Assembly: GCF_006345805.1 (NCBI RefSeq)
Contig: NC_043006.1
Location: 101,742,001 to 101,806,000, forward strand
DNA: 64,000 nt
DNA from: Octopus sinensis
Taxonomy: Eukaryota
Direction of reading: 5' to 3'
Part shown: positions 36,341 through 50,082 of the stretch, one piece after another
Position numbering within the stretch: position 1 is the stretch's first letter
Layout: the number at the start of each line of letters is the position of its first letter
Program-made: the position numbers and the translations under genes
The notes under the pieces: generated by a model
Databases searched by the model: none
The model's input: only the letters and a program-made list of their open reading frames with translations
What the model was told of the DNA's origin: nothing

Positions 36341-37130
36341 CAATATATATTTATATGTATATAGTTGCATTGAAAACCCATTTCTATTCTATTTCACCTT
36401 TTTATTGAATAATTAATTTTTTTTTATATTTCATTTTCATTAGCTTTTTGCAATTTGTTTGGAATCAAGAAATTCCTATATCCATCATCAGTCTTTCTGG
36501 ACCACCATGGTCTCATCTTCAGGATGAAATGATATTGGCATATTTTGCTGCCTCTTTATAGTACAGGCAATAACCAGATAAAGGGGGAAAGAGATAAAAC
36601 TAGGACACAATGATGTGTTCACTAGATTTCTAAACAAAACTCTATTCCTAATACACACAAATATGCATGCATCTGTACACACACACACACACACACATTT
36701 GCAAACACAGGCACGCATTTCTATGCATTCATCGTTAGGATAACATCTTCCTGGCTGTTGCCAAACTTTTAGATACCAATCATAACGACATACCAGTGTA
36801 AAGTTAAATTGATTTATTGGTAGAAAACTCGTCAAACAATAATGGGGAGAATAAGAACTACTGGAAGAAACTACAGCAGCCAGAAGAAAACGAACAAATT
36901 GAATTTTCTCTCTTCTTTCTTTAACTTCTTTCACTATTGTTGCTGCTGCTAACAATTATTATTATTATTATTATTATCATTATTGATACTATTATTTTCT
37001 TTCTTGTTATCTATTATTTATAACTTATATTATTTTTGGTGGTTCTCTATTATTTAAAAACATTACTCTGAGTAGTGAAGCATAAAATCAAGAATAGCGC
37101 AACACACATACACACACACACTGATAGATA

Positions 37131-37172
<42 letters not shown>

Positions 37173-37173
<1 letters not shown>

Positions 37174-37545
37174 CAATTTAGGAGTGACCTTAACAGGCCA
37201 TTCGTCCACCAGAAAGAGCAGCCGTAACTCATACCGCCAAGTAGTAGTAATTCAGAAATTAGGTGAAAATTTAAAAACATTTACCCTAATTCATCTTTTA
37301 GACGATGCATCGTTTCTGTGTTATTAATGATTAAATTAGCTTAATTAAATTAAATCACGCTAATCTACCATAGGTCACACTTCATCAGTAAAAAACCTGG
37401 GAGAGACAAATATACACGAGGCGTCTGTATCGATGCCTCCGGAATATCTGTCTTAAAATTTTCAAGATCGACGTATTCGCGCCAAACTTATCAGCAGTAA
37501 ATATAAACTGCCGATTCAATCTCAGAATTAACTAAATTGACTAAT
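37173..37545 (-). mobile_element. Second hammerhead-containing CpG-rich element between (TA)n tracts
   Basis: About 370 bp with about 15 CpGs, bounded by (TA)n on both sides. Extensive self-complementarity, an 8-bp terminal inverted match (CAATTTAG 37174-37181 / CTAAATTG 37532-37539) and an internal hammerhead motif. Boundaries are inferred. Confidence 0.6.
37293..37397 (-). ncRNA. Type I hammerhead ribozyme motif with long helix II and palindromic helix III
   Basis: Minus strand: TTTTA - CTGATGA (37388-37382) - a GTGT..ACAC a (helix II, ~65 nt, A.A mismatch at 10.1/11.1) - GAAA (37316-37313) - palindrome ACGATGCATCGT - GTC triplet (37303-37301) - TAAAA (helix I). Confidence 0.7.
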
Positions 37546-38273
37546 ATATATATATATATATATATCCGTATCTATCAGTGTGTGTGTGTATATATATATT
37601 AAGTTAGAATGTATGTATAGATGCAAAGTATATATGTGCAGTTTATGTATATGCCTGTGTACATATATATATATATATATATGTCTACGTATGGCATCTT
37701 TGTGTATTAGAATGTGTGTATATACATGTGTGCATGTATAAATATGCATGTACATGTGTGTGTATATTTATATGTATATGTATGCATGTCTGTTTATATA
37801 TGTGTGTGTGTGTGGTTTGTGTGTGTGTGTGTGTACTTACGTTATTGTTGCTGAGATGCAGAGTGGTGGAATAATGGATACCTCCCCAGGAGATCTCTGT
37901 TGCCCCTCTCGTAGAATCGTTTCATATTTTTATATGTGTGTTTATCTAACGTTTTGTTGTTTGCTATGTTGCCAGCTGTGTAGTGGAGTAAGACTGAAAT
38001 GAGGCAGTTAATAGAGATACTGGGGTGGTGGAGGTGAAAGTAGCAAAAACACAACTTTCTGCTGGTAGTAGTTGGGGATTAGGGGGTGGGGGTGGGAGTG
38101 GTGTGTGTGTGTGTGTAAGATAGAAAACTGTGGAATGATATCAGAGAACAAGTGAAAATGGTTAAAAGCAAAACAAAGAAATAAAGTGACCCCCTCCCCT
38201 CAATAAAAACAGTAAAATAAATTAATAGAAGAAATGTATTCAAATATACTGAAGAATAACAAACTCTTTCTCC

Positions 38274-38330
38274 AATAATAATATTAATAATAATAATAAT
38301 AATAATATTAATAATAATAATAATAATAAT

Positions 38331-38361
<31 letters not shown>

Positions 38362-38385
38362 GTAATAATAATAATAGAAATAATA
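38274..38385. repeat. (TAA)n microsatellite
   Basis: Long AAT trinucleotide run with few interruptions. Confidence 0.95.
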
Positions 38386-38605
38386 ATCTGGAAATATAAA
38401 TACTGTAGCTGTGAAAACTAACAAGGGCTGAAGAATATAATGTTTTATTTTATTCACATTATCAAAACTGGATTGTGTTTTTAGTTCTATATTTTTTTTA
38501 TTGGAAAAATCTTTTTCAATCAATTAGCTGATTTCATAAAGAGTTATGGATTACTTTGAGGTTGTCTTCTTGCCATTGATGTAGAATATATCTTTTTATA
38601 CATAT

Positions 38606-38645
<40 letters not shown>

Positions 38646-39226
38646 TGTGTGTGTGTAGCTGCATTCTTTAATACTCAACTGGTGCGTTATTTTCCAAAGA
38701 CTGGTAAATCATGCCATAGCATGTGGAATTAAGCTCTCAGGCATAGTTATTGTAACAGTAAGGTTATTTGTTTTCAATTCTAACTTGTTCTGCTTAACTC
38801 TTTTCTAAACACTGAGACAGAAAGTATCTGAGTAGTTCTAGCTTTCCAACTTTAAAATCAACAAATGTCCTTAACTCTCCATCTTCAAGGACATACTTTT
38901 ACAGCCAGTGATTATGAAAACAATTTTACAACTTTCTTATTTATTTTATATATATCACAAATCATGAAGAATAATGTTGTTACTTACATGTTCTCCATCT
39001 AACCAGCCACTGGTTCACTGCTTTTCTGGTGACAAGTATTACAAGATATATATATGTACACAGGCATATACATCAACTGCACATATATACTTTGCATCTA
39101 TACATACATTCATAACCTAATATATATATATATATATTCATATCTATCAGTGTGTGTATGTGTGTTATGCTATTCTTGATTTTATGCTTCACTACTCAGA
39201 GTAATGTTTGCTAAGGACTTTGCTTG

Positions 39227-39259
<33 letters not shown>

Positions 39260-39302
39260 TTGATAGTGTATGTTAATCAAAAATATAAACATTAATCAAA
39301 CA

Positions 39303-39359
<57 letters not shown>

Positions 39360-40072
39360 TCTCGTTCATTTAAAGTCTGTTTTTCCAAGCTAGCTTCGAC
39401 TTGGATGGAAATTGATTTTGACACAACCTATTTTTTTTTAGCCGGACACATGTCATGTTGCCAGTTCTCAGGAAGAGATTTTGTAAAAAATTTCTCTGGT
39501 CTTTGAAAGTGCAAAATGACCAGTCATTTGTAATGCCAACAAGGAATGTAAATACCACCCACCATGTTTTTCAAACACACACACACACACAAATTTCTAT
39601 AGTTTCACCAGCCCAATCCATTCCAAGGCAGTGGCCAGTCTGAGTCAAGTAGTAGGACACACTTACCCAAAGTGCTTTACAATGGGATCAACTTGGAATC
39701 ATATGAATGCAAAAGGATAATTCTTTGCAACACAGCCATGTTTTTGCACAAACATTCCCATACACTCATATTCTTAAACCCACATATTCTTCTCATTATG
39801 TCTTTTGATAGAAAATAAGCCATTTGTGTGTGTATGTTTGTGTGCGTAAAAGTAAAACATCACACATAGTTGGTCAATCACTGATATGCTGTATGTCAGA
39901 TGGTCCCCCTGAGACTCCATCTAGTGTTCAATGGTCCCTCCCACATACACATGTACTACTCTCACTTTGAAGGGTTTTTTTTTTTTTTGCTCCTTTCTGA
40001 CTGTACATTAGATTCCACAGCCAACATATCCAGCCATCACTGACCACAATAACTAACCAGTTGTTTGGTTTA

Positions 40073-40295
40073 CCCTTTAGCATTCAAGCCAGCCATGTCC
40101 AGCCCAAATATTCTAAGTGTTCTTTGGCTGAAACTGGCCAGATCCAGCCTCTTACATCTATCCTACTTTGTCTTTCTAAAAATTAACAATGATATCATTG
40201 CAACCTGAAAGCTATGAGATAATTCACAATTAATTCAAAACAATGTGAATAAAAATAAGCATTGCTTTTGACAGAGCAATCTGAATGCTAAAGGG
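40073..40295. mobile_element. piggyBac-type MITE
   Basis: Perfect 14-bp TIRs CCCTTTAGCATTCA / TGAATGCTAAAGGG; flanks TTTA and TTAA. Confidence 0.8.
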
Positions 40296-42282
40296 TTAAT
40301 TATTTCAATGATCATCTGATTGGAAACTGGTAATGTTGGGAAATAAATTTTATTGTTGTGTGAGGCTGTTATTTGAAATGCTGCTTTAACAAATTATTTC
40401 GCTGTCCAGTGTATGGACTAGCTCTGAAAATAAAATCAACCCCAACTGAACAGAAAGGAAACATAGAAATAGGATAATTGCAATTTTTGAGCTTCCAGGA
40501 GAAAATGTAGGGATTCCTTTGTTGGCTCAGAAATATCTCATGCTATAAATTAATATATAATTGAAAGGAAATGTGAGAAAATCTACAGAGATTAAAGATT
40601 TGCAGTTCTGAGTATTGGAAATATATAGTATTTACAATGAAGTCTTGAAACTACAAAATGGTTGGAGTGTCAGAAATGATACAGATAAGAACTGATCTTA
40701 GTTTAAATTGTAAAATATACCACGTCTAATATTTGTGGTAACACTTCATGATTCATCTACGTTTTTAATGTTTAAATCTTCTCATCTAAATCTTCTGTTA
40801 AGCATTTCAGAGACCCCTTTTACTAACTTTACTGTGAATAAGGTTTTAGATTATTCTATGTCAGTGCTATTGAACTAAATATCAGCTATGTCACTTTAAT
40901 TAACTGAGATGACTTAACCATTCTGTATGATAGCTATAGACGGAACTAAAGTTGGATTGAATTGTATGCAGCAAATGCCAGTAATATCACAAGAATATAT
41001 ACTGAACTTTTCTAACAGAGCATTATCTAAGATATGTCAGTGTGGGAATATACCAGTATGGGCATTAAGCCAATGAGGTGAATAATAACTCTATAGTTTC
41101 TGACTTTTAGAAATGAGCTTTTCCTCAACTCCCAAGAGATAACCATCAGCGATATCAAAATACATTCAAATACTGACAACATAGGCAGAATATAATTCAT
41201 TCTTTATCCAAGATTTTGCTTTATACCGAAGGAATGCATGTGAAACATTGCGTTGTCATTATCATCATCATCATTAATATTGACATTGTCATTATAATTA
41301 CCCTTCAGTACCATCAGCCTTTTTTCTTACATAGCTTTTCACATGCTCTCATCTTACAGTTCTGATGCAGATATTGTATTGTAATCAGATATCCACTAAA
41401 TATGATAGCCTTCATGTTATCATTTCTTAGTTTGAAAAGGGTCACCCTAAAATAAACAGTAAGTTGATCAATTGTTTTTGACATTCCATATAATATGAAA
41501 TGATTAATGTGGATCAACTTGTTGGTTGTATTCTTTTTTCTTTTTTGTTTCTTTTTTTGATACATTTGATTTTAGGAAGGGAGCATGGAATGAGTGTCAG
41601 AAAAAGAAGGGAGATGAGAGTTAAAAGTTTTAAAGTGGCATCAGTCTTTATCTTGACACAGCCCGTTAAAGGAATATGGACATTTCTGTGAGTCCGAGAG
41701 TTTCTGGATGATTAATCTCACCCCTGCCAAATATTTTATGGACCTTTTACATGCACACACACACACACACACTGTCCAACCCATGCCAGCATGGAAAATG
41801 GATGTTAAATGCTGATGATGATGATGATGATGGATGCAGCATGACCAAATGCTTAAGAAGTTCACTCAGAAATTGTGTGGTCTCAGATTCAATCCAGATG
41901 TATGGCACCACGGATAGGTATCCTTTACCATAGCTCTAGTTCAGTCCATGTGCAACTGAATGAACATAAATTGTTGGAAAGCTTGTCAGATGGACCGTAC
42001 CTGTTCTCCAAAGGTCCAATTTGGTCTTGTTGATATCACCTGGGTATTACATTTAGGATGCCTGTATCTGTGGAATGTTCCGCTATTTGAATACTAATTC
42101 AATGATAGGTTGTCCAACTGACTCGACAGCTGAGTACTTATTGCGGAAACAAGCAGAAATACATTAATTTTTGCATCTATTCATGCAAAGGTGTGTCTTC
42201 ACTCTTAGTTACATCATCAGAGCATCATCATGACATATGGTATATCTGTGAATTATCAGCTATGCATAAATCTTACTTTTAA

Positions 42283-42503
42283 CCCTTTGGCATTCAGATT
42301 ACTCTGTCAATTGTAATGCTTATTTATTCACATTGTTTTGAAGTAATCATGCACCATCTTGTAGCCTTAAGATTTCAAAAATGGAAAGATTTAATTTTTG
42401 GAATAACATTGTAGGGTAGGTGTGAGAAGCCAGATATGGCTAGTTTTAACATAAAACAAATAGAAAATTTAGACTGGATATGGCCAGTTTAAATGCTGAA
42501 GAG
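42283..42503. mobile_element. piggyBac-type MITE, opposite orientation to the 40073 and 59466 copies
   Basis: TTAA|CCCTTTGGCATTC ... AAATGCTGAAGAG|TTAA; the body is the reverse complement of the 59466 copy. Confidence 0.75.
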
Positions 42504-43278
42504 TTAAGGTACAGCTAGTCTCACCTTTATGTGGGTACCTTTACTGAAAGTCACTCTGATAGAAACATTTTAGATCAACTCTGTGACATGAATAATACTA
42601 GATATTCTGATTTGCTGCCTCTTACTGCAGCCAATGGGTTCTGGGTTCATTCCACCACTCACCACTTTGTCTTACCACTCTCTATGAAACGATCATGGGT
42701 ACTAGCTTTCTCTTCTGAGTAAGCCTTAAAAAAGCAAAAAAAAAAAGAATTCTCAGAATGAGTAAATTACTAGTAGGACCTGTGAAAATTCCACAGAACG
42801 AAAGAAATTAAGAGAAGCTATTTTAGAGAGAAAGAATGATTTGCATTTTAATTTTCACTTTGCTAAGTTGTTTCAGTTCTAGTCATAATTATATATTGTA
42901 TGATTTTACAATTTCCCTCTGCTAAGCACTTTATATTTCTCTCTTTCTCTCCACCCCTTCAACAAACTTTTTAACCATGTAATTCCCCTCTTCATGTCTT
43001 TAACACTTCTCTCTTTGTCTTCACTTTTCCCTCCCCACCTTACAACACATCAGTAGCACATCTCTCTCTCACTTTTCTCTTGCTCTTCTCCTCTTCTTTC
43101 AACCAATCACATGATGCATTTAACTTTGGTGCATACTCTTCTCTTCTTTTTTTCTCTACTTACATCTCTCTCTCCCATTTTTACTCCACCTCTCACTCAC
43201 TCCACCTCTCTAACTAAAGTATAACAGGCAAACAAACAAGCAGATTATCATATAGATATTTTGAATACTTCATGTTAT

Positions 43279-43470
43279 AAGGCAGCAAGTTGGCAGAACT
43301 GTTTGCATGCTGACCAAAATGCTTACTGGTATTTCATCTGAGGTTGACTTTGCCTTTCATCCTTTCGGGGTCAGGAAAATAAGTACCTGTTGAACACTGG
43401 GTTCAATGTAATCAACTTACTCCTCCCCTAAAATTGCTGGCCTTGTGCCAAAAATTGAAACTAATATTTT
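43279..43470 (+). mobile_element. SINE family B
   Basis: GGCAGCAAGTTGGCAGAAC..GAGGTTGACTTTGCCTTTCATCCTTTCGGGGTC..GGCCTTGTGCCAAAAATTGAAAC. Confidence 0.8.
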
Positions 43471-45425
43471 GTGTTATATGTTGAACAAGAGGTTTCTCAC
43501 CTAAAGGTTACAAATTCTGGCTATTTTCATTAATTTCTTGTTTCCAGCTCTGAAGAAAGTTACTTTATCCTATAAATGAATCCACAGAATAGCATTTAGG
43601 TACAACCGAGGTTGTTTGTATGAAAGAAATCTTATTTAAAAAAGTACCAGAGTTGTCCTATATGCTATATGTAGCATTGGTATAAATAAAAATTTTCACT
43701 ATGATTTTTCAATAGTAGCTTAAGAAAATTAGTAAAATGAAAATAACATAAAAAAGCAGACATAATATGTTATTACATGAAAAAGAAAAAGAAACTCATA
43801 TATATTTGTGCATTACGATTCAAAGAAAGAAGAAAATACATTATATGAAAGAAATATGGTCAGACAAGCCTTAGGGTGGAAAGAAATTCCTTTGTTCCGC
43901 AAAACATAGTTTGTAAAGAAAATACTTCTTAAAGCATGATCTCTGGAAATTTGTCAAGAATAGAGGATAATGTTGCCTCTGAATTGGACATAATTTTTCA
44001 GTTCAACATAAACAGACTATCACCTTTTGTGCTTTAGAATAGTAATTGTGTTTGGTATTTTATTTGAAAAGAATTATAGGAATTGTATAAAACAAGAATT
44101 TCAATAAAATGATACAGTCAGGTGGAAAAATAATGCACAGGTGTACAGGAAAGAAATCATTTTCTTTACATATGAATAGATTAGGTGTAAATTCTGTCTG
44201 TTGCAGACTTATTCTTGTATTGTGTCCAAATCAAACAGTATTCTTTTATAATATTGGGAACAATTTGATGTTATATAGAAAATAATCTAAAATAGACTTA
44301 AATAGACTTTTATTAAAAATACACTTGTTGAGAAAAATTGACATTGATAGTTCTTCCCTTAAAATTTTCGCTAAAAACTAAAACCAACAGCTTTTAGCAT
44401 AGAAAATTACCCAATACGAATAATTTGAGTTCAGACACTACACTACTCTCACACACACACGCGTGTGCATGCACTCACACACGTGTTTGTGTGTGTCTAT
44501 CTAGTTGCTTCTGCACTTCTGGTAACATGTTACTCGATACAACCTGTGGTATGGTCAGGCTTGCCAATGACTGGCAACTCCACCAAGCTTGCTTGATAAG
44601 GAAGGTAGTTTTTGGACACTTTGCAGGATGAAAAATCTATCAAAGGCTGGAAGAACCAAGGAGAAAAAACAGTCATCCACTCTTGTCGAGAGCAAATGAT
44701 GAAGACAATCCATCTTGGAGAAGGAATTTCTAAAATAAAAACTGCTTAGTGAGGACTTGCAGCCAACTAATACTTTATAACATGTAAAGTCAGTACACAC
44801 TGTTAAGTGGTTGGGATTAAGAAGGGCATCCAATTCTAAAATCTAAAGCTGAAATGGAAGCACAATGCACTCCTCAGACAATTTCAGACCCTGTTCCACC
44901 CATGCTAGTGTGAAACATAAATGTTAAATGATAATCTGAATACACCCATTTATATATCTAAATATACATAATTTATTACACAAAGATGTAAAGTTTACAT
45001 ACTCTATTCAAAGTTTCCTGACAAACCACAGGTAAGAAGATGTCCAATTACTGACTGGCAAACAACTGTCAGATATTGGGTTAAGATGCTTCATGTTTGT
45101 GGAGGGATTCCAACCCCGTTTCGTGTTTTGCTACCTCAACAGTTCCTTTATAGGATCCAGTGGCTAAAGACATCATCAGGAGGAACCATATCCAGTTTCA
45201 GCCTCTACTCCTCTACCGTTTTGACATGGTGACCTCCCCCACTTCCTCTATTTCAATGATAGTAAGGTCTACTTTTGTTTTACACATGCTTAATTGTTTT
45301 ATCATCATCATCATCATTACCACATTCATTTTCCATACTGGAATGAGTTAGACATTCAACAGAAGCTGTTGAATGTCTAACTCTAAATTAATTATAAAAT
45401 GTTTATGAACATGACATAAAATATG

Positions 45426-45458
<33 letters not shown>

Positions 45459-45703
45459 AGCATTTAGACATTCATATGGAAAGGTATAGAATATGAAATG
45501 ATCATATGATAGTTCCAGTAGCCTCTATACAGCTTCTTTAAAACTTCTAAATTCGTTAGAAGACATATGTTAGACTTATTTAAATTGAAAGTAAGCATTC
45601 TGCCATTTCATCTAAAAACTGTAAAAGTTTTCCAGTAATATTCTCTTAAGACTTCTCAGCAGTTTTACTTTTCCATTATTGTATGATTGTGCATGCACGT
45701 GTG

Positions 45704-45748
<45 letters not shown>

Positions 45749-45989
45749 GTGTGTGCGTGCGTGTGTGTGTGTGTGTGTGCAGATATACATGCATGCACAC
45801 TCGTTTCATAATGATTTCATCATATATATATGCATGTAAACTTTGAAATTACTTTATGCATGTGTTTGTGTGTGTGTGTGTGTGTATCCATATATATATG
45901 TGTATATGTATGCATATATATGTGTATGTATGATGCATGCCTGTGTATATGTACATGTGTATAGATATACTCGCGTATGCATATATACC

Positions 45990-46431
<442 letters not shown>

Positions 46432-47423
46432 CATACACACATGCACACACATACTCAGGGAAAAAGCAAATTGGCTCTATGAATTCTCAAATTGGACAAC
46501 ACTTTCAGATATTTTTTCCTTTCTTTCTGATGTTAAGATTTCCCCTGTTGGTGTTATAAATATCTTCTCTAGTAAGAATTGTGAAACTAAAGTTACCAAG
46601 TATGAGAAAATAGTTAAAATAAAAACAAGAAAGCAAAAAAAAAAAGAAAAAATAGCCAGGAAAATAAAGTCTCATTTACTTTAGCTTGCAACCTTCTCCG
46701 TGTATATTGATTGCACTGGGTTTTCAATAAGGAGAATTTACTTTTGCATGCTTTTGTGTGTCTATTTAGAAAACTGTGTAGTGACTGTCTAGCTGGGAAA
46801 TTGCTCTTGAATTAATGATTATCGTATTTAGGAGTTTCTTTCTTGCCTTTCTTATCCTCCACATTGGCATCATTGATAAAAAGGGGAAGCTTATCATTTT
46901 TGATTAGGTTATTATTCTAAGATGATGATAATGAAGATGAAAATTATAGCAATAGTAATAATATATGTGTATGTATGTGTGTGTGTGTCTATACACATGT
47001 ACATACATACATACCTACATATATACATACATACATATGTATATATGTACATACATATGTATGTACGTACATACATACATACTTACATACATACATACAT
47101 ACATAACCAATCTTGAGAAATTAGGTTTCTCAAAACCAGGAGAAAGTTGATTCAAAGACTACAGATCCAAGCCATAACTGGAACTGTAAAAGTCTGTAAA
47201 ACTTTCCAGAAGTTTATCATTTAAGTATATGTAAGCATGTCTAGATATGGAAGTATATACATGAGAAAACATACATGAAGCAAAACATAGAAATCTCCTC
47301 ATAGACATACAAAAATTCTGTGTTGTTGGTGTTGAAATTCCAATGAAGGAGCCTTGGATCTAGGTTAGAAACTGGCTCTTTATCTAATGGCAAGAAATCT
47401 TGAAATAAAACTGAATAATGATC

Positions 47424-47601
47424 CACGTAAAAAGCACCCACTACACTCACAGAGTGGTTGGCGTTAGGAAGGGCATCCAGCCGTAGAAACACTGCCAGAT
47501 CAGACTGGGCCTGATGCAGCCTTCTGGCTTCCCAGACCCCAGTTGAACTGTCCAACCCCTGCTAGCATGGAAAGCGGACGCTAAGTGATGATGATGATGA
47601 T
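47424..47601 (+). mobile_element. Young RTE-type 3' end copy
   Basis: CACGTAAAAAGCACCC..GAGTGGTTGGCGTTAGGAAGGGCATCCAGC..GCTAGCATGGAAAGCGGACGCTAAGT(GAT)n with CpGs intact. Nearly identical to the 3' part of 51257-51540. Confidence 0.85.
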
Positions 47602-47779
47602 ACACATGCACTCACATATGCTGAGATTATAGATATATACTGGGTGTTTCATAGTGACTGCAGAAAGCTTCTATCCTGTGTGTGGGTTTTGGCAGTAAGC
47701 ATGGAAATAATAAGCTTTGGGTCTTTGTATGGCTTTTACAATATAATGATGCATGTGCCCAAGACATGAAAGGCCGTAG

Positions 47780-48480
47780 CTTGTGTATATTTGAACAAGT
47801 ATTGCTGTTGCGACCACTTGTCTTCTGGGATGGGATTTTGGGAGTTCCCTACTCCAGGTATTGTAATTAACCTGAGTAGTTATGTCTTTTGAACTGAGTT
47901 AAAATGGCTAAGTATATTATGCAATTTATGATCCAAGCAAGAACATATTGTATTCCAGGTGTGCTAGGTGTGCACTGCACAAGCAACGAAAACAGCAAAT
48001 TCATTATAGATATTAACCTTATTCATCAATTTAATCACAAATCTTGATAGAACACTTTTGTTTATATCTCTGCTTAAAATTTGGTGGCATTGGGTGTGAT
48101 AGCACACCCAATACAGCAACTGCCATATGCTGCTGCATCCAAAATAGCATCCCTCATGGTACTTGAGATTAACAATTCATTCATATCCATTTTCATAGTT
48201 TTGTTTAATTCTTTAAGCATTTTTGGAAATTCTCATGATCATTTTTCATAGGCCTTCAACATTGCTAGTGAAGGTCTCAGGGACATTGGCAAGTTGTAAT
48301 GTTTGATTTTAAGCCATGAAATCCACTGAAAGTGTGACCTTGACAGGGTTCTTGAAAAGGTAGCATTACAACTACTGAAAGTTTTGCATTGTTGAGTTGG
48401 CCTATTGACCCAACCTCTATGAAAGCCACTTCTGTTTTCCAAACATTTGACACTTCTAGGTAATTGGTCTTTGTCTTGGA
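47780..48480 (-). pseudogene. Possible heavily decayed reverse transcriptase remnant (Penelope-like)
   Basis: Minus-strand VTLSVDFMA* (~48340-48310) and GSCCIGCAITPNATKF (~48125-48075) loosely resemble RT motifs A and B of Penelope-like elements, at plausible spacing. I could not see a convincing YxDD. Confidence 0.25.
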
Positions 48481-48959
48481 GAGGGTAGTTATGTCTACAA
48501 ATCTGGAAATGAGTTTGTTTTTTTTTGCAGCAGGTAGAATTGCAGTTGTTTATAGAGTATTACTTTCGGTTATTTGGCTGATAATGCTGAGTAATGGTAA
48601 GGTGTAGGAGGGAGTGCAGTTCTGTTTTCCTATCTACCTACATGCACACACACACACACCATTATAGACATTTTCTGATAGTTATATGAAAAGATATTAA
48701 TCAGTCTAAATCCACTGGAAAATTAAGAAAGGCTGGAGTTTTTTGTAATTATAATATTAATTAATTGTGATAATGTTACACATACAATTCAATCTAAATA
48801 ATACTAATTGAAATGACTTGCAAAACACATGTTAGATTTACAATCCTCTGCTTCTTCAAGAGAATTCTATCACAAGTGGCTTGGCCAGGGACATAACGCA
48901 GTACAAATGTTGTTGTGCACTTGAGCCCTCAGTACAATAAAGCTGAAAGTATTATTATA

Positions 48960-49260
48960 AATTAGGTGGTAAACTGGCAGAATCATAAGTGCACCAAACA
49001 AAATATTTAATGGCATTTCTTCCATCTTTATGTTCTGAGTTCAAGTTCTGCCAAGGTTGACTTTGCCTTTCATCCTTTTGTGATCAATAAAATAAGTAGC
49101 AGTTGAGTACTGTGACTGATGCTGTCAACTTATCTCTCTCCTGAAATAACTGGCCTTGTGCCAGAATTTTAAACAGAACCATTATTATAAATAAGGCTGT
49201 GAAGTGGCAAAACCACTAGCATGTCAGAGAAAATGCTTAGTGGCATTGAGCTGTTTGTGT
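48960..49260 (+). mobile_element. SINE family B copy followed by a second head
   Basis: GGTGGTAAACTGGCAGAATC..GAGTTCAAGTTCTGCCAAGGTTGACTTTGCC..CCATTATTATAAATAAGGCTGTGAAGTGGCAAAACC. Confidence 0.75.
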
Positions 49261-50023
49261 TCAAAAGACTAGTGGGAATATTACTTGATTGGAAACAGAT
49301 GAGGGTTGACAACATTTGGCGATAGAAAACTGGCTCAGTGAATTTCATTTAACCCATGCAAGTATCAAAAAAGAGGCCATTAAAATAGTGATGAGGATGA
49401 TAATGATGTTGGAAGCTTCTATTAGCTTCTGCTCAGTACCTGCATTGCAGTAACTCTAATCAAGATTTTGGCTTGGAGTTTTCTGCTCCTAAACAGTCTT
49501 TGTTGCTTTTTTTTCTTTCTTTCTTTCTGAATATGCATTTGCAGTTGATGTAGAACCAAATTTGCATGTATCTTAGAGAGATATACACTTGTGTGGGGAA
49601 AGTTCTTTTAGCTGGCCATTACTGAATCATTAGAAGCAACTTCAAACACTGTTGATACATTAACTGTTGCTACAGAGAACAACAAGCCAACCCTTTCACC
49701 ATTTCCATATGAAAATGTGTGTAATATATTGATTGATAGTTGTATATTTATTGAAACATCTACTCGTGTATCCTGCATAGGCCACATGCACTGCTCTTCT
49801 GTCTTCCAGCTTGATGCTATTAGAAAACAAAATTAAAGATTCATTCTCTTCCTCACTCATTCTTTCTCTCGCCATACTCACGCAACCCATATACTGTGTG
49901 TGTATTTATATTGTGCATGTGTGTGTATGTATGCATATATCATACATGCATATAAAATGTATACATATTGTGTATGTATATGTATCTGTTATGTGTATCT
50001 GTATGTATGTGTATATATATATA

Positions 50024-50060
<37 letters not shown>

Positions 50061-50082
50061 TCATATGATATATGTATATATA

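Noticed and set aside
42190-42225. Minus-strand CTGATGA..GAAGAC
   Set aside because: No helix II pairing, GAAA is absent and there is no helix I complement.
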